Positions 46,969 to 58,685 are shown, counted from the stretch's first letter. The stretch: DNA of 64,000 bases from Candidatus Pyrohabitans jungbluthii (GCA_002010065.2 MTMD02000002.1:416001-480000); one strand, 5' to 3'. Program-made: numbers and translations. The notes: generated by a model from the sequence alone, not told the origin.

Positions 46969-47640
46969 ATGGAGCACCGCATACTCTACCGTCCAACCTA
47001 TAGCATAGCAGAGATAAGGCTGGCTGAGGGTGAGGCGATACAGGCGGAAGCGGGCGCAATGGTGTACATGTCCGAGAATGTAAAGCTCGAGACCAAGATA
47101 AAGGGTGGTGTACTCGGAGCTTTGAAAAGAACTCTGCTTGGCGGCGAGAGCTTTTTTGTAAATACCTACAGGGCACATGGTGGAGAGGGGACAATAGGGT
47201 TAGCGCCTCCGTATCAGGGGGATATTACCCACCACTCCCTCAGCGGCGAGCTGTTTGTGCAGAGCGGCAGCTTTCTGGCATGCTCCCCTGAGGTGGACAT
47301 AGACATAAAGTGGGGCGGCGCAAAGACCTTCTTCGGAAGGGAGGGGCTCTTCCTGCTCAAGATGAAAGGCGAGGGGAGCGTTTTCCTCTCGAGCTTCGGC
47401 GCCATCCATGAGGTTGAGTTGCGGGGCGAGAGCTTTGTGGTTGACACGGGGCATATAGTCGCCTTCACCCCAGGCGTCGACTTCTCTCTGCGCAGAGCCG
47501 GTGGGATGAAGGAGACGCTTCTCAGTGGCGAGGGTTTGGTGGCTGAATTCTCTGGTCACGGTAAGCTCTACCTCCAGACGAGAAGCGTGGATTCCTTCAT
47601 GAACTGGCTTTTACCACTGCTGCCCTCCAGGGAAGGATGA
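46969..47640 (+). CDS. AIM24/TIGR00266 family protein
   Basis: AEAGAMV.MS, GGESFF.N, GEGLF, VDTGHIVAF, SGEGLV..F.G.G...QTR. Confidence 0.9.
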   Translation: MEHRILYRPTYSIAEIRLAEGEAIQAEAGAMVYMSENVKLETKIKGGVLGALKRTLLGGESFFVNTYRAHGGEGTIGLAPPYQGDITHHSLSGELFVQSGSFLACSPEVDIDIKWGGAKTFFGREGLFLLKMKGEGSVFLSSFGAIHEVELRGESFVVDTGHIVAFTPGVDFSLRRAGGMKETLLSGEGLVAEFSGHGKLYLQTRSVDSFMNWLLPLLPSREG

Positions 47641-47733
47641 GTTTTTTACTCGACCACCAGCAGTTACCATTTTCACTTTTCCGGTGCTCTCGGAAAAGCT
47701 ACATTACAGCAGGGGTTAAGCAAGATTTAAGCG

Positions 47734-48690
47734 ATGGAGTGGCTCAGGCAGGTGGAGGAGTTTAGAAAGTATGCGGAAGACAGGCTCCTCAGAGGGGAAT
47801 ACTACGAGTTGGAGAAGGTGGAAACGCCGCTGAAGCATGCGCTGCCCCCGCACATGGAGGTGCGCCTCCTGGAGATACCGGGCATCTACCGCGTGGCAGA
47901 GCGCTATGAGCCAGCCACCGGGCTGAGGTACTTTATGGATGGGGTGCAGCGCACTGTGCTGTGGCGCTATTACGATTACCACTCTGCGAAAGTGCCCCTC
48001 TTTCTGCATCTTTCGGGTGCTGTGGTGCTGGAGCGGGTTAAGCCGGGTGTTTTTGTACCCGTAGAGCAGGGGTATCACAGTGCCATACTTGTGCCGGAGT
48101 TCATCTACGAGGAGTTCGCTGACCTCGAGGGCGTGGTTTCCATCGGGGAGGTAGAGCCCTGGGATATTGCCGAAATAGCCTCACTGGCAAAGGTTAAGTC
48201 AAAGGCGCTTCGTCAGGCGCTTGAGCTTGAGGTGATGCACCGCTTCCTTGAGCGCGAGGAGGAGTATTTACTGGTGAAGGACGGCAATATCATTGACACG
48301 GGCAGGCACAACGTCGTGGGCGTGGTGAAGACCCATACTACGCTATACCTTCAACACATAAACCCTTCGCTTCAGCGCTTAGTGTGGAATATGCCCCTAT
48401 ACCACAGAAGCGCCATCTTTTCTTTACGCTTAAGCGACGGCTCCCGCGTGGAGAGCTTCTACCTAAGGATACATGAGCCCCTTGCCCCTGAGACGGGCTT
48501 GATACGCGTGGAGCATCGCCTCGCCGACTGCGAAGAGCTTGCGGCTTGGCTTATAGCTGAGAGCAGGGTTTATTCACGTGGTGAGCGCTGGCACAATATG
48601 CTCTATCCGATACAGCGCTGCGAGGACTACCTGCGCACACAGCTTCCAAGCTCAAAGAAGCTAAAGGCGCTGCTGGGGGTTGTGGCATGA
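47734..48690 (+). CDS. NurA-like nuclease (RNase H fold)
   Basis: YFMDGVQRT, LE..V, LLVKDG, VGVVKTH, LYPI..CE.YL; ATGA-coupled to the HerA-like gene. Confidence 0.75.
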   Translation: MEWLRQVEEFRKYAEDRLLRGEYYELEKVETPLKHALPPHMEVRLLEIPGIYRVAERYEPATGLRYFMDGVQRTVLWRYYDYHSAKVPLFLHLSGAVVLERVKPGVFVPVEQGYHSAILVPEFIYEEFADLEGVVSIGEVEPWDIAEIASLAKVKSKALRQALELEVMHRFLEREEEYLLVKDGNIIDTGRHNVVGVVKTHTTLYLQHINPSLQRLVWNMPLYHRSAIFSLRLSDGSRVESFYLRIHEPLAPETGLIRVEHRLADCEELAAWLIAESRVYSRGERWHNMLYPIQRCEDYLRTQLPSSKKLKALLGVVA

Positions 48691-50282
48691 GCGCTCTAGG
48701 CTATGCAATAGGCACGCGCTCCTCGCCGAATACAGCGAACGAGTTTTACTTCTGGATACCGCCTGAAGAGGCGAGCCTGCAGATAGGTTCTATAGTTAAA
48801 GTGGAGAGCCCTGAGAACAGTGTAATAGGCGTAGTAGAGGAGATGAAGAGCTACGTGGATGTGGACGACTTCCTCACGCATGCGTTACCTCGTGGTAATG
48901 ACCCTCTGCTTACCCCGGCCAACAAAGAGCAGAGCATCCTCGTGTGCAAAGCGCGGGTGCTGAAGCAGCAGGTGGAGCGCCCGATTAAGGAAGGCGTTGT
49001 GTACTACCCAACGCGTGAAGAGCTGGAAGAGGTGTTCAACGTCGAGGGTTGCAATCTTCCCTTCGGCGTATTTGTGAACACCGACGCTACGATGCTCCCG
49101 GTTAAGGTGCACGAGGAGTACGTGCTGGGCTACGAGGGGGCGCACGTGAATATCTCCGGAATGAGTGGCTTAGCCACGAAAACCTCAACATTTCTCTTCC
49201 TTCTCGCCTCAATCTTCACCCACGCAAAGAGCAGAGTCGCGTGCGTAATATTCAACAACAAGAGTGACGATTTGTTGTACATAGACCAGCCTTCAACAGA
49301 GCTGACCGAAGAGGACATGTTAATATACGAAGAGTGCGGCATCTCACCTCGGGGCTTTAACGCCCGCTTCTTTGCCCCTAGCAACTTCTACGGCAGACCC
49401 CATTCCTTAAAAGAAGATGCAGAGGTGTTCAGGTGGGGGTGGCAGGAGATAGTGGAGTACATCCCCTCACTGCTCAAGGCTGCCACGCAGGACCAGAAGG
49501 AAAAGCTGGACAACGCCTTCTATGAGCTCAAGCGCATGTCCGTAGAGCATGGTATTGACTCCCTCGCTGAACTTCTGGAGTTCATGCGCCGCGAACTTCT
49601 GCGCGAGGATAAGGGCTGGGCGGAGCTCATCCGCGGTACCTACAAAGCTACGTGGGGGAAGCTGTACAACCAGCTCCGTGGGCTGGAGACAAAGTACGAC
49701 GGGCTCATAACCAGCTACGCCGACGAAGTTGTGGACATACCCTTCAACGATATATCCGACCGTGAGGTGTGGGTGATAGACATCCAGCAGCTTGGCTTCT
49801 ACCCGCGCAAGCTGGTGTTTGAGCGCGTAATAGACGAGTTCCTCTCCCGCTTAGAGCGCCGCTCCCTGAAGGTTGACAAACTTATAATTTTCATGGACGA
49901 GCTGAACAAGTACGCCCCCACCAATGCAAGCACAGAGGTGGCATCGCTAAAGGAGAAGCTCATCGAAATCGCTGCCCGCGGTAGAAGCGTTGGAATCTCC
50001 CTCTTCGGCGCTGAGCAGTTTAAGTCAAAAATAGACCAGAACATCCTAGGCAACATATCCACAGACATCTACGGAAAAACCAAGGATGCGGAGCTTGCGG
50101 AGCCGCTGTACAAAAACTTATCCGACGAGGTGAAGGGGAGGATAAGAAGGTTCTCCCGTGGCGAGAAGCTGCTTGATCATGAGCTTTTCGAGACACCGGT
50201 TTTTATACGTGTCCCCCGCCCGCCATGTATGCTGGGCAGTGAGAGGTCCAAGCTAAAGGCGATGCAGAAGAACATAGCCTAG
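48687..50282 (+). CDS. HerA/FtsK-family ATPase (bacterial-type HerA)
   Basis: N-terminal HAS-barrel-like region, atypical Walker A HVNISGMSGLATKTS, Walker B IFMDELNKYAP, RGRSVG..LFGAEQ. Confidence 0.85.
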   Translation: MSALGYAIGTRSSPNTANEFYFWIPPEEASLQIGSIVKVESPENSVIGVVEEMKSYVDVDDFLTHALPRGNDPLLTPANKEQSILVCKARVLKQQVERPIKEGVVYYPTREELEEVFNVEGCNLPFGVFVNTDATMLPVKVHEEYVLGYEGAHVNISGMSGLATKTSTFLFLLASIFTHAKSRVACVIFNNKSDDLLYIDQPSTELTEEDMLIYEECGISPRGFNARFFAPSNFYGRPHSLKEDAEVFRWGWQEIVEYIPSLLKAATQDQKEKLDNAFYELKRMSVEHGIDSLAELLEFMRRELLREDKGWAELIRGTYKATWGKLYNQLRGLETKYDGLITSYADEVVDIPFNDISDREVWVIDIQQLGFYPRKLVFERVIDEFLSRLERRSLKVDKLIIFMDELNKYAPTNASTEVASLKEKLIEIAARGRSVGISLFGAEQFKSKIDQNILGNISTDIYGKTKDAELAEPLYKNLSDEVKGRIRRFSRGEKLLDHELFETPVFIRVPRPPCMLGSERSKLKAMQKNIA

Positions 50283-50497
50283 CTGTACTCGTAGATATCC
50301 TCCCCCTCCGAGGCAAGGCTGAGCATGCTGCCCGCGATTGCGTTAAGCGCTTCTCTCAGCTCATGAAGCTCCATAAGCAGGCGCATCTGAAGCAGAAGCG
50401 ATGCATAGCTCAGGTCACGCTTCCCTGTAATCCGCTCCACCTGACTGAGAAGCTTCTCCAGCTCCTCGCTAACCTTCTGAATATCTGTCATCTCCAT
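50279..50497 (-). CDS. Small helical hypothetical protein
   Basis: GGAGG RBS before ATG 50497; fills the gap between herA and nfi. Confidence 0.55.
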   Translation of the reverse strand: MEMTDIQKVSEELEKLLSQVERITGKRDLSYASLLLQMRLLMELHELREALNAIAGSMLSLASEGEDIYEYS

Positions 50498-50544
50498 GCC
50501 TCCGGCTAAGTTTAAATACACCTCCTTTTAAACCTTACCATGCC

Positions 50545-51174
50545 GTGAACCTGAGACGCTTTGCCGAGATTCAACACAAGCTTAGCCAGCGGATAACCCT
50601 GAAGGACGCCTTTACAAAAGTGGAGCGCATCGCCGGCGTGGATGCAGCGTATACCAGCGACGCATGCTTCGCTGGTGCTGTGGTGGTGAAGCTCCCCACA
50701 CTGCGCACAGTAGAGGAGAAGACGGCGATGCAGGCTTTGCATGTGCCCTACATCCCGGTCTTCTTTGCCTTCCGCGAAATGGGCGCCGTGATTAAAGCGC
50801 TGCGAAGGCTGCGCTCAAGCTACGACGTTCTTATGGTTGAGGGACATGGCATAGCTCACCCCAATGGGTGCGGCTTCGCCTCCCACCTGGGCGTACTCCT
50901 GCGCAAGCCCAGCATCGGCGTAGCCAAACGCCTGCTCTGCGGACGTGTAGAGGGCATACCCACGCCGGAGAAGCCTGCGGAGATAGTGCTTAATGACAGG
51001 GTGGTGGGCTATGCGGTGCTGAGCAATGGAAAGGTGATATACGTGAGCCCTGGCAATATGATTAGCTTAGCTACAGCGCTTGAAGTGGTTAAGAAAGCAA
51101 CCCACAGGCACACGCTGCCAGAGCCTCTGCAAAGAGCGCACGTGCTCGCGGAGCGCGCGAAGCGAGGTTACTAA
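50545..51174 (+). CDS. nfi: Endonuclease V
   Basis: AGVDAAY, PYIP..FAFRE, VEGHGIAHP, SIGVAK, YVSPG, LPEPL..AH. Confidence 0.93.
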   Translation: MNLRRFAEIQHKLSQRITLKDAFTKVERIAGVDAAYTSDACFAGAVVVKLPTLRTVEEKTAMQALHVPYIPVFFAFREMGAVIKALRRLRSSYDVLMVEGHGIAHPNGCGFASHLGVLLRKPSIGVAKRLLCGRVEGIPTPEKPAEIVLNDRVVGYAVLSNGKVIYVSPGNMISLATALEVVKKATHRHTLPEPLQRAHVLAERAKRGY

Positions 51175-51204
51175 TTTTCCGTCGTTACACCTCACTGAGC
51201 AAAT

Positions 51205-51238
51205 ACCTCAAAGTTGATTAGCAACCAAAATTTGAGTA
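51205..51238 (+). promoter_or_regulatory. Two tandem imperfect palindromes upstream of ribK, candidate autoregulatory (RbkR-type) operator
   Basis: ACCTCA-aagt-TGATTA (51205-51220) and AACCAA-aatt-TGAGTA (51223-51238), directly before the HTH-riboflavin kinase start. Confidence 0.3.
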
Positions 51239-51244
51239 GGTACT

Positions 51245-51904
51245 ATGGAAGTCGCTGCATTAATAGCGCTGGCAAAGGCGGGTGCATATCAAGGGTACGC
51301 CTTTATATCTTCTGCCCAGCTTGCATCTCTACTAGGCGTTTCTCAGCAGACAGCTTCGCGTAGACTCAAGCTTCTGGAAGATGCGGGCTATATTGCGCGA
51401 GAGGTCTTCCCCAGAGGGCAGCGGGTTAAGCTCACAGCCCAGGGAAAGCGCGCCCTGGGCGAGCTTTATGCAGAGCTTCGCACCATTCTGGGCGACTCCG
51501 GCAAGGCGGCGCTAACGCTGTGCGGCGAGGTAACCTCAGGCTTGGGTGAGGGAAGCTACTACATGTCCCTGCCCGGCTATGTTAAGCAGTTCGAGGAAAA
51601 GCTGGGTTTTACCCCCTATCCGGGCACACTGAACCTTGCGCTCAAGACTCAGGAGGATATACGCACCAGGCAGGAGCTTGTGAACATGGGAGGCATAGCA
51701 GTCAAGGGGTTTAACCATGGCGGAAGAAGGCTGGGTGATGTAACCTGCTTCCATGCAGAGCTTCAGGGCGCGCAGGCAGCTGTAGTACTTCCCACAAGAA
51801 CCCACCACAGTCTAGCCACGCTGGAGGTAATTGCGCCCGTGAATCTGAGGCAAAAGCTCGGGCTTAAAGATGGCGACATGGTTGCTGTCAGGGTATTCGT
51901 GTAG
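51245..51904 (+). CDS. ribK: CTP-dependent riboflavin kinase with N-terminal HTH (RbkR-type)
   Basis: [12 protein letters not shown]; [40 protein letters not shown]. Confidence 0.94.
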   Translation: MEVAALIALAKAGAYQGYAFISSAQLASLLGVSQQTASRRLKLLEDAGYIAREVFPRGQRVKLTAQGKRALGELYAELRTILGDSGKAALTLCGEVTSGLGEGSYYMSLPGYVKQFEEKLGFTPYPGTLNLALKTQEDIRTRQELVNMGGIAVKGFNHGGRRLGDVTCFHAELQGAQAAVVLPTRTHHSLATLEVIAPVNLRQKLGLKDGDMVAVRVFV

Positions 51905-51912
51905 GTGGTAGC

Positions 51913-52587
51913 ATGAGCGTGAAGAGAGCTATTCAGGCGCTGAAGCAGGGGGAGATGGTGCTCATCTTCGACGGCGATGGCAGAGAGGAGGAGACCGACC
52001 TCGTCATAGCCTCGCAGTTCGTAACACCAGAACACATTCGCAGGATGCGCAAGGACGGCGGCGGGCTGATATGCACCGCTCTGCATCCAGCGATAGCGAG
52101 GGAGCTTGGCTTGCCCTTTCTCAGCGATGTGCTGAGCAGTGCTGCGGAAAGATTTCCTGTGCTTAACGCCCTTGAGGCTAATGATATCCCTTACGATGAG
52201 CGCTCCTCCTTCTCCATAACAATAAACCACAGGCGTACCTTCACAGGTATAACCGACAGCGACAGGGCGCTCACTATACGCGAGCTGGCACGCTTAGCCT
52301 CGCTCAACGGCGAGAAGCGCACGCTATTTGGCAAAAACTTCCGCTCACCGGGGCATGTTATACTCCTGCGCGCCGCCGATGGTTTGCTGCACTCAAGGCG
52401 AGGGCACACTGAGTTGAGTGTCGCCCTGGCAGAGATGGCTGGCCTAACCCCAATAGCGACGATATGTGAAATGATGGGCGACAATGGCGGTGCCCTGAGC
52501 AAGCGTGAGGCAAAACGCTATGCTGAGAAGCACGGCTTGGTCTTTTTAGAAGGCGAGGAGATAATGCAGGCGTACTTGGGGGAGTAA
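51913..52587 (+). CDS. ribB: 3,4-dihydroxy-2-butanone-4-phosphate synthase
   Basis: [37 protein letters not shown]. Confidence 0.96.
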   Translation: MSVKRAIQALKQGEMVLIFDGDGREEETDLVIASQFVTPEHIRRMRKDGGGLICTALHPAIARELGLPFLSDVLSSAAERFPVLNALEANDIPYDERSSFSITINHRRTFTGITDSDRALTIRELARLASLNGEKRTLFGKNFRSPGHVILLRAADGLLHSRRGHTELSVALAEMAGLTPIATICEMMGDNGGALSKREAKRYAEKHGLVFLEGEEIMQAYLGE

Positions 52588-52762
52588 ATTAGCCTCATTT
52601 TACTCTCTCCCCTATCATCTAGGTAAACTTTTCCTAGTCATGAGCTGTTAACACCAGAGTACGCCTCTTTTTACAGGGATTTTGTCGGTTACTTGAGCCT
52701 CCTTAAATATAATCATAGGAACCACTGAGTTCGAAAGGAAGCACAGCGCTGAAGCTTATAAC

Positions 52763-53257
52763 TCATCTACAACCTCCAATCCAAATCTCCCAGGGATACT
52801 CTCTTTTCCAGATGAAGTATATGGCGGCGGAGTATAATAGGATTTCCAGAGATATGTATACGGCTCTAAAAGCTATAGTTGGTACATTTATATGGTACGC
52901 GAGGAGACACTCTGCCTCAGAAAATGGCCAGAGGCACCACACACCTCCCCTGAAAATTATGCCGGTGTTCAGCAGGATATCTACGAGGATGTGCAGGTAG
53001 GCGCCGAGGAGGAGCGCCAAGGGAATACGCCATGAGCGTAGCAGTGGCGAAACGGTAAGGGCAAGAAGCAGCCACAGCACCAGAGAGTGGCTGAGGGTTG
53101 CGTGGTACTTCAGAAGAAAATCCATGCCAAATATGAGGGTTACCGCGTCGATATCCGGCAGAAGAGAGGCAAGAGTAAGAGCGCGGTAAGCAGGCCTCTT
53201 CAGCTTCATCCTTCTGCCGATGAGCCATGCGAGCATGTAATGTCCTAAGGGGTCCAT
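52763..53257 (-). CDS. Membrane-bound metal-dependent hydrolase (YdjM-like)
   Basis: MDPLGH, LPDID, H...SHSL, HILVD, LWPF. Confidence 0.8.
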   Translation of the reverse strand: MDPLGHYMLAWLIGRRMKLKRPAYRALTLASLLPDIDAVTLIFGMDFLLKYHATLSHSLVLWLLLALTVSPLLRSWRIPLALLLGAYLHILVDILLNTGIIFRGGVWCLWPFSEAECLLAYHINVPTIAFRAVYISLEILLYSAAIYFIWKREYPWEIWIGGCR

Positions 53258-53280
53258 ATCCCTAATGGGCTGTTACCATT

Positions 53281-56200
53281 TTATCCCCCAAAATCCTCAA
53301 GGCGAAGCTCGTGCACATGTCCGCGGTAGTATTCGTCCAGGTTGCGAATGCTTATCTCTCCGCTAAGCACGCTCTCTATAGCTTTGCACGCCGCCTGGGC
53401 TGCGGCGATGGTTGTGATGTAGGGTATCCCAAGGTCTACCGCGTGCCTGCGGATGTAAAAGCCGTCGGTGAAGGGCACCTTGCCAGCGGTGGGCGTGTTT
53501 ATTATTAAGTCCACTTCTTTGCGTAGCATCACGTCGAGGATATTCGGCTTAGCCTCGCTCACCTTTCTTACCAGCTTCGCGGGTATCCCTGCCTCTTCGA
53601 GGCTTGCCTTGGTACCGTCGGTGGCAAGAAGCTCAAACCCGAGCTCGTGGAGCTTCTTAGCTATAGGGATAATCGCCTGGCGGTCACGCTTGCTCACACT
53701 TATAAATATCCTCCCGCTCGTAGGGAGGCGGTTGCCTGCGGCAAGCTGCGCCTTGTAGTAGGCTTTTCCAAAGTCGAAGTCTATTCCCATGACCTCGCCC
53801 GTGGACTTCATCTCGGGTCCGAGCACCGGGTCGACGCCCGGAAGCTTCAGGAATGGGAACACTGCCTCCTTGACTGCAACGTGGCGAATCTTGCGCTCCC
53901 CCACGTAACCCAGATCGCGAAGCTTTGCGCCCAGCATCACCTTCGTGGCAAGCTTTGCTAAGGGAACACCTATCGCCTTGCTCACATATGGCACAGTGCG
54001 TGAAGCGCGGGGGTTTGCCTCCAGCACGTAAACTTTGCCGTCCTTCACCGCATACTGTATGTTCAGCAGCCCCACAACGTTGAGCTCCCTAGCGAGCCTT
54101 ATCGTATAGTCCTTAATTGTGCCAAGCACCTCCCGAGATAACGTCTGGGGTGGAAGCACACACGCGGAGTCGCCGCTGTGCACGCCCGCCTGCTCTATGT
54201 GCTCCATTATTCCGCCAATGAACACATCCTCGCCGTCGCTCACCGCATCGACGTCTACCTCCACGGCGTCTTCCAAAAACTTGTCCACAAGCACAGGATG
54301 TTCCTCGCTGACCTCAATGGCGAGAGCCATGTAGCGTTCAAGCTGAGCCTCGTCGTAAACTATCTCCATCGCCCTGCCACCCAGCACATAGCTGGGGCGA
54401 ACCAGCACCGGATAGCCTATCCTCTTAGCTATGCGCTTCGCTTCGTCAACGCTGAAGGCGGTGCCATACTCCGCTTGGGGTATCCCCAGCTTCTTAAGCA
54501 CCCGCGTGAAGAGTTCGCGATCCTCAGCCCGGTCTATGTCCTCGCTCCTCGTGCCCAGGAGCTTTACCCCCTGCTTGGCGAGGGGCACCGCAAGGTTGAG
54601 AGGCGTCTGACCGCCGAACTGTACTATAACCCCTTCCGGCTTCTCCTTCTCAATTATGTTCATTACGTCCTCCAGCGTAATCGGCTCAAAGTAGAGCTTG
54701 TCGCTGGTGTCGTAATCAGTGGAGACCGTCTCAGGGTTGTTGTTCATGAGTATCGCTTCAATGCCAGCCTCGCGAAGGGCAACCGCGGCATGGACGCAGC
54801 AGTAGTCAAACTCTATGCCCTGGGCAATGCGTATTGGCCCGCCTCCGATAACCAAAACTTTTCGCCTGTTGCTCACCTTAACCTCGTCCACGCTGTCGTA
54901 GGCGGAGTAGTAGTAGGGTGTCTTCGCCTCAAACTCCGCTGCACACGTGTCCACCATCTTATAGACAGGCTTGGCTCTGCGCTTTTTCCTCAGCGTGAGC
55001 TCCTCGCAGCCGAGAAGGTGCGCAAGCTGCCTGTCGCTGAAGCCGAGGCGCTTCGCTAAGGTGAGCTCTTCCTGCGTAACCTCCTCTATGCCCTTCCCCT
55101 CAAGGGAGCGCTCCATCTCCAGGATGTTCTTAATCTTCTCTATGAAGAAGGGCGATATGCCCGTAAGCTTGTTAATTTCAGCCACGCTCATGCCCAGGCG
55201 AAGGGCGTCGTAGATGTAGAATATGCGCTTATCCGTGGGGTTGCGCAGGTTCTCAACTATCACCTCGCGGTTGGTTTCGTACTCGCGCCCATCGCAGCAA
55301 ATGCCGAAGCGCTTTATGTCGAGGCTGCGTATCGCCTTTTGCAGAGCCTCCTCAAAGCTTCGCCCTATCGCCATGACTTCGCCTGTGCTCTTCATCTGCG
55401 TGCCTATCCTCTGCTCTGCCTCGGGAAACTTGTCAAAGGGCCAGCGTGGAATTTTCACAACCACGTAATCCAGGGTGGGCTCAAAGCTGGCTGGCGTCTC
55501 CTTCGTTACGTCGTTGGGGATTTCGTCAAGCGTTAGCCCTACGGCGATCTTCGCTGATATCTTGGCGATAGGGTAACCTGTTGCCTTGCTCGCCAGCGCA
55601 GAGCTTCTCGATACTCGGGGATTGACCTCTATCACGTAGTACTCCCAGGTTTCGGGGTTTACCGCGAACTGAATATTGCAACCGCCCTCGATGCGGAGAG
55701 CGCGGATTATCTTGAGTGCGGCGCTCCTCAGCCTCTGGTGGTCCTCATCGCTGAGCGTCTGCGCCGGCGCTACCACGATGCTCTCGCCAGTGTGTATCCC
55801 CATGGGGTCAATGTTCTCCATGTTACAGACGGTTATGCAGTTGTCCGCGGAGTCACGCATAACCTCGTACTCGTACTCATACCACCCAAGCAGAGACTTC
55901 TCTATGAGCACCTGGTGCACCATGCTGGCGCTCAAGCCGCGCTCCGCTATGCTGCGAAGCTCAGCCTCATTGTTAGCCACGCCGCCACCGGTACCGCCGA
56001 GGGTGTACGCTGGCCTAATAATCACCGGGTATCCTATCTTGTTTGCAGCCTCCACCGCCTCCTCAACACTATTAACCGCGTAGCTCTCGGGTATCGGCTC
56101 GCGGATCTCCCGCATGAGCTCCGCGAATAGCTCACGATCCTCGGCGCGCTTTATCGTCTCAACACTCGTCCCGAGAACTTCAACGTCGTACTTCTCGAAG

Positions 56201-56520
56201 ATGCCCATGTCGGCAAGCTGGGCTGTGAGATTTAAGCCGGTCTGCCCGCCCATTGTGCCTATAAAGCCGTCTGGCTTTTCCTTGGCTATAATCTTAGCCA
56301 CTATCTCGGGCACGAGGGGCTCGAGGTAGATAACGTCAGCTATCTCCTTATCTGTCTGAATCGTCGCTGGGTTTGAGTTCACCAGCACAACGCGATAACC
56401 TTCTTCGCGAAGTGCCTTGCATGCCTGCGAACCCGAATAGTCGAACTCTGCCGCCTGGCCTATTATTATCGGCCCAGAGCCTATGACTATGATTTTTTCA
56501 ATATCCTTACGCTTTGGCAC
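53281..56520 (-). CDS. carB: Carbamoyl-phosphate synthase large subunit
   Basis: (M)[25 protein letters not shown], duplicated ATP-grasp, MGS domain; true start GTG 56520, overlapping the carA end. Confidence 0.97.
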   Translation of the reverse strand: MPKRKDIEKIIVIGSGPIIIGQAAEFDYSGSQACKALREEGYRVVLVNSNPATIQTDKEIADVIYLEPLVPEIVAKIIAKEKPDGFIGTMGGQTGLNLTAQLADMGIFEKYDVEVLGTSVETIKRAEDRELFAELMREIREPIPESYAVNSVEEAVEAANKIGYPVIIRPAYTLGGTGGGVANNEAELRSIAERGLSASMVHQVLIEKSLLGWYEYEYEVMRDSADNCITVCNMENIDPMGIHTGESIVVAPAQTLSDEDHQRLRSAALKIIRALRIEGGCNIQFAVNPETWEYYVIEVNPRVSRSSALASKATGYPIAKISAKIAVGLTLDEIPNDVTKETPASFEPTLDYVVVKIPRWPFDKFPEAEQRIGTQMKSTGEVMAIGRSFEEALQKAIRSLDIKRFGICCDGREYETNREVIVENLRNPTDKRIFYIYDALRLGMSVAEINKLTGISPFFIEKIKNILEMERSLEGKGIEEVTQEELTLAKRLGFSDRQLAHLLGCEELTLRKKRRAKPVYKMVDTCAAEFEAKTPYYYSAYDSVDEVKVSNRRKVLVIGGGPIRIAQGIEFDYCCVHAAVALREAGIEAILMNNNPETVSTDYDTSDKLYFEPITLEDVMNIIEKEKPEGVIVQFGGQTPLNLAVPLAKQGVKLLGTRSEDIDRAEDRELFTRVLKKLGIPQAEYGTAFSVDEAKRIAKRIGYPVLVRPSYVLGGRAMEIVYDEAQLERYMALAIEVSEEHPVLVDKFLEDAVEVDVDAVSDGEDVFIGGIMEHIEQAGVHSGDSACVLPPQTLSREVLGTIKDYTIRLARELNVVGLLNIQYAVKDGKVYVLEANPRASRTVPYVSKAIGVPLAKLATKVMLGAKLRDLGYVGERKIRHVAVKEAVFPFLKLPGVDPVLGPEMKSTGEVMGIDFDFGKAYYKAQLAAGNRLPTSGRIFISVSKRDRQAIIPIAKKLHELGFELLATDGTKASLEEAGIPAKLVRKVSEAKPNILDVMLRKEVDLIINTPTAGKVPFTDGFYIRRHAVDLGIPYITTIAAAQAACKAIESVLSGEISIRNLDEYYRGHVHELRLEDFGG

Positions 56521-57592
56521 GGCGCACCATCTCCAGAAACTCGTCGAAAAGATATTCGCTGTCCTTAGGGCCCGGATTAGCCTCAGGGTGATACTGCACA
56601 CTCATTATCTCCAAGCTACGGTGGCGCATACCTTCAACGGTGGAGTCGTTCAGGTTTATCTTATCAACGCGAAACTCGTCCTCAGGCAATGAGCCAGCGT
56701 CCACTGCATAGCCGTGGTTCTGCGAGGTTATGTACACCCTCCCGGTGCGCAGGTCCTTCACCGGCTGATTTGCGCCGCGGTGACCGAATTTCAGCTTATA
56801 GGTTTCGCCCCCACTCGCCAAGGCAAGCATCTGATGCCCCAGGCAAATGCCGAACAGCGGCACTTCTCCGAGAAGCTCGCGAACGGTGCGAATCGCATAC
56901 GGCGCGCGCTTCGGATCCCCTGGCCCGGGGGATACAACCACACCATCGGGTTCTAAATTCAGAATCTCCTTCGCTGGCGTCTCCGCTGGCAGAACATAAA
57001 CCTCACACCCGCGCTTGAGGAAGTTGTCGCGAATCGACCACTTCATTCCCAGGTCAAGAATCGCAATGCGCTCCCCCTTGCCCGGGTAGTGCAGCATTTT
57101 TTCGCAGGTAACTTTGCTCACCAGGTCGAGCTCGCCTATGTCCGGCGCGGCTCTGCACTTTTCCAGCAGCGCTTCTGCGTCTATCTCCTCACGCGATGTT
57201 TTAAGCGCACCCTTCATCACGCCGTAGCTTCTGATCTTTCTGGTGAGCGCCCTGGTATCGACGCCTGCGATGCCGGGTATCCCCTCTCGCTTCAGAAACT
57301 CGTCCACCGTCGCCTCTGCGCTGCGGTGGCTCGGCTTGTCGCAGGCTTCGCGAACCACAAAACCCTCGACCTGTATCCTCGAACTCTCATAGTCCTCGCT
57401 ATTTATGCCATAATTACCAATCAGTGGGTAGGTGAGCAGGAGTATCTGCCCGGCATAGCTCGGGTCGGTAAGCGCTTCCTGGTAACCCGTCATGCTGGTG
57501 CAGAACACCACCTCTCCATAAACCTCAGCCTCTGCACCGAAGCCCTCGCCACGGACAATAGTACCATCCTCAAGAACCAGCGTCGCCTTCAT
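56507..57592 (-). CDS. carA: Carbamoyl-phosphate synthase small subunit
   Basis: GEVVF.T.MTGYQE.LTDPSY, SPGPGDP, GICLGHQ, QYHPEA.PGP. Confidence 0.97.
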   Translation of the reverse strand: MKATLVLEDGTIVRGEGFGAEAEVYGEVVFCTSMTGYQEALTDPSYAGQILLLTYPLIGNYGINSEDYESSRIQVEGFVVREACDKPSHRSAEATVDEFLKREGIPGIAGVDTRALTRKIRSYGVMKGALKTSREEIDAEALLEKCRAAPDIGELDLVSKVTCEKMLHYPGKGERIAILDLGMKWSIRDNFLKRGCEVYVLPAETPAKEILNLEPDGVVVSPGPGDPKRAPYAIRTVRELLGEVPLFGICLGHQMLALASGGETYKLKFGHRGANQPVKDLRTGRVYITSQNHGYAVDAGSLPEDEFRVDKINLNDSTVEGMRHRSLEIMSVQYHPEANPGPKDSEYLFDEFLEMVRRAKA

Positions 57593-57684
57593 GCTATCAA
57601 AACTACTGCTATGTTTCCCCTACTTAAGGTTTATTCAACTAATGTATCAAATGGTAATAAGTTGAGCCATATGCGTCGATTGCG

Positions 57685-58332
57685 ATGAATATATCTCAGG
57701 CAACCCGCAAGGTGCTCAGGAAGTATCCCAACATAGCCGAGTATTTAAGCTATGGTGTGGTTAACTACCGCGCCCTGGCGAGGCTTATTCAGCCGGAGGT
57801 TGAGAGGCTCCTGGGCACAGGGGTAAAGCTTCAGAGCATAGTTACAGCGCTGCGCAGGAGTGGGAGCGCAAAGCTGGAGCAGGGCGAGGCGTCGCGAATC
57901 CTGGCTAAAAGCGAGGTCAGCCTTCGCTACGATTTGGGTTTGATAACAACTTCGCTCTCCAGAGAAACACCGCGCAAGGTGCTTGAGGTGCACCGCGCGC
58001 TTCGAGGTGAGACCTACGTCCTGCTCCAGGGGCTGGAGAACCTTACGATAGTAACACGGCAGGAACACATAGCTAAGCTTGAGAAGCTCTTCGGTGATGA
58101 AATGATTGAGAGCAAGCGCAGCCTCGCCGGCATCTTCGTAAAGAGCCCGCCAGAGATTGCCTCCACCAGCGGTGTTCTGGCAAGGCTGAGCGGTCTCCTC
58201 GCAGCCGAGGGGATAAATGTGGTGGAGATGATGTCCAGCCACATGGAGACAATTTTCCTGGTGGAGGAGCGTGACTGCCTTCGCGGCGTAGAGGCGATAC
58301 GGGAGGAGATTAAGCGTGCGAGGGGTGGGTGA
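57685..58332 (+). CDS. Archaeal ACT-domain protein with N-terminal helical (HTH-like) domain
   Basis: GVVNYRALAR.I; C-terminal ACT GVLARL...LA..GINV.E..S...ET; divergent from carA. Confidence 0.8.
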   Translation: MNISQATRKVLRKYPNIAEYLSYGVVNYRALARLIQPEVERLLGTGVKLQSIVTALRRSGSAKLEQGEASRILAKSEVSLRYDLGLITTSLSRETPRKVLEVHRALRGETYVLLQGLENLTIVTRQEHIAKLEKLFGDEMIESKRSLAGIFVKSPPEIASTSGVLARLSGLLAAEGINVVEMMSSHMETIFLVEERDCLRGVEAIREEIKRARGG

Positions 58333-58400
58333 ATAGCTCATTGGTTGGTAGAAACCTCTAAATACTCCCGCTCACAAAACTATTACTGGAGGTGGTTGAT

Positions 58401-58685
58401 TTGCCAAAGTATGTAGTAGTTTCCACTCTTACTGACGAGGGGGCTAAAACGCTGAAAAACAGACCCTCCCGCGTGAAAGAGGTCAATCAAGAGCTGGAGA
58501 ACATGGGGGTTAAAGTGCTGGAGCAGTACATGGTGCTGGGAAGCTTTGACTTTCTGAACATAGTTGAAGCAGAGGATGACGCTACAATAGCAAAGGCGAT
58601 GGTGGAGCTAGCCTCGCGAGGCACTATACGCACACAGACGATGCCCATTATTCCAGTGGATGAGTTTCTTGAAAAGCTGGGCTAA
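58401..58685 (+). CDS. GYD-domain protein
   Basis: (M)PKYV....LTDEG, LGSFDF...VEA, G.IRT.TM; GGAGGTGG RBS before TTG 58401. Confidence 0.85.
   Translation: MPKYVVVSTLTDEGAKTLKNRPSRVKEVNQELENMGVKVLEQYMVLGSFDFLNIVEAEDDATIAKAMVELASRGTIRTQTMPIIPVDEFLEKLG

Noticed and set aside
52618-52637. Short CTAGG/CCTAG inverted repeat downstream of ribB
   Set aside because: Only 5-bp arms, within chance expectation; no riboswitch-like structure evident.
54178-55059. 293-aa + strand ORF
   Set aside because: Antisense shadow inside carB.
56521-56601. Apparent N-terminal extension of CarB (similarly for the ORF-track starts at 11640, 21979, 25457 and 44815)
   Set aside because: Longest-ORF artefacts. Conserved N-termini and RBS positions point to downstream starts.
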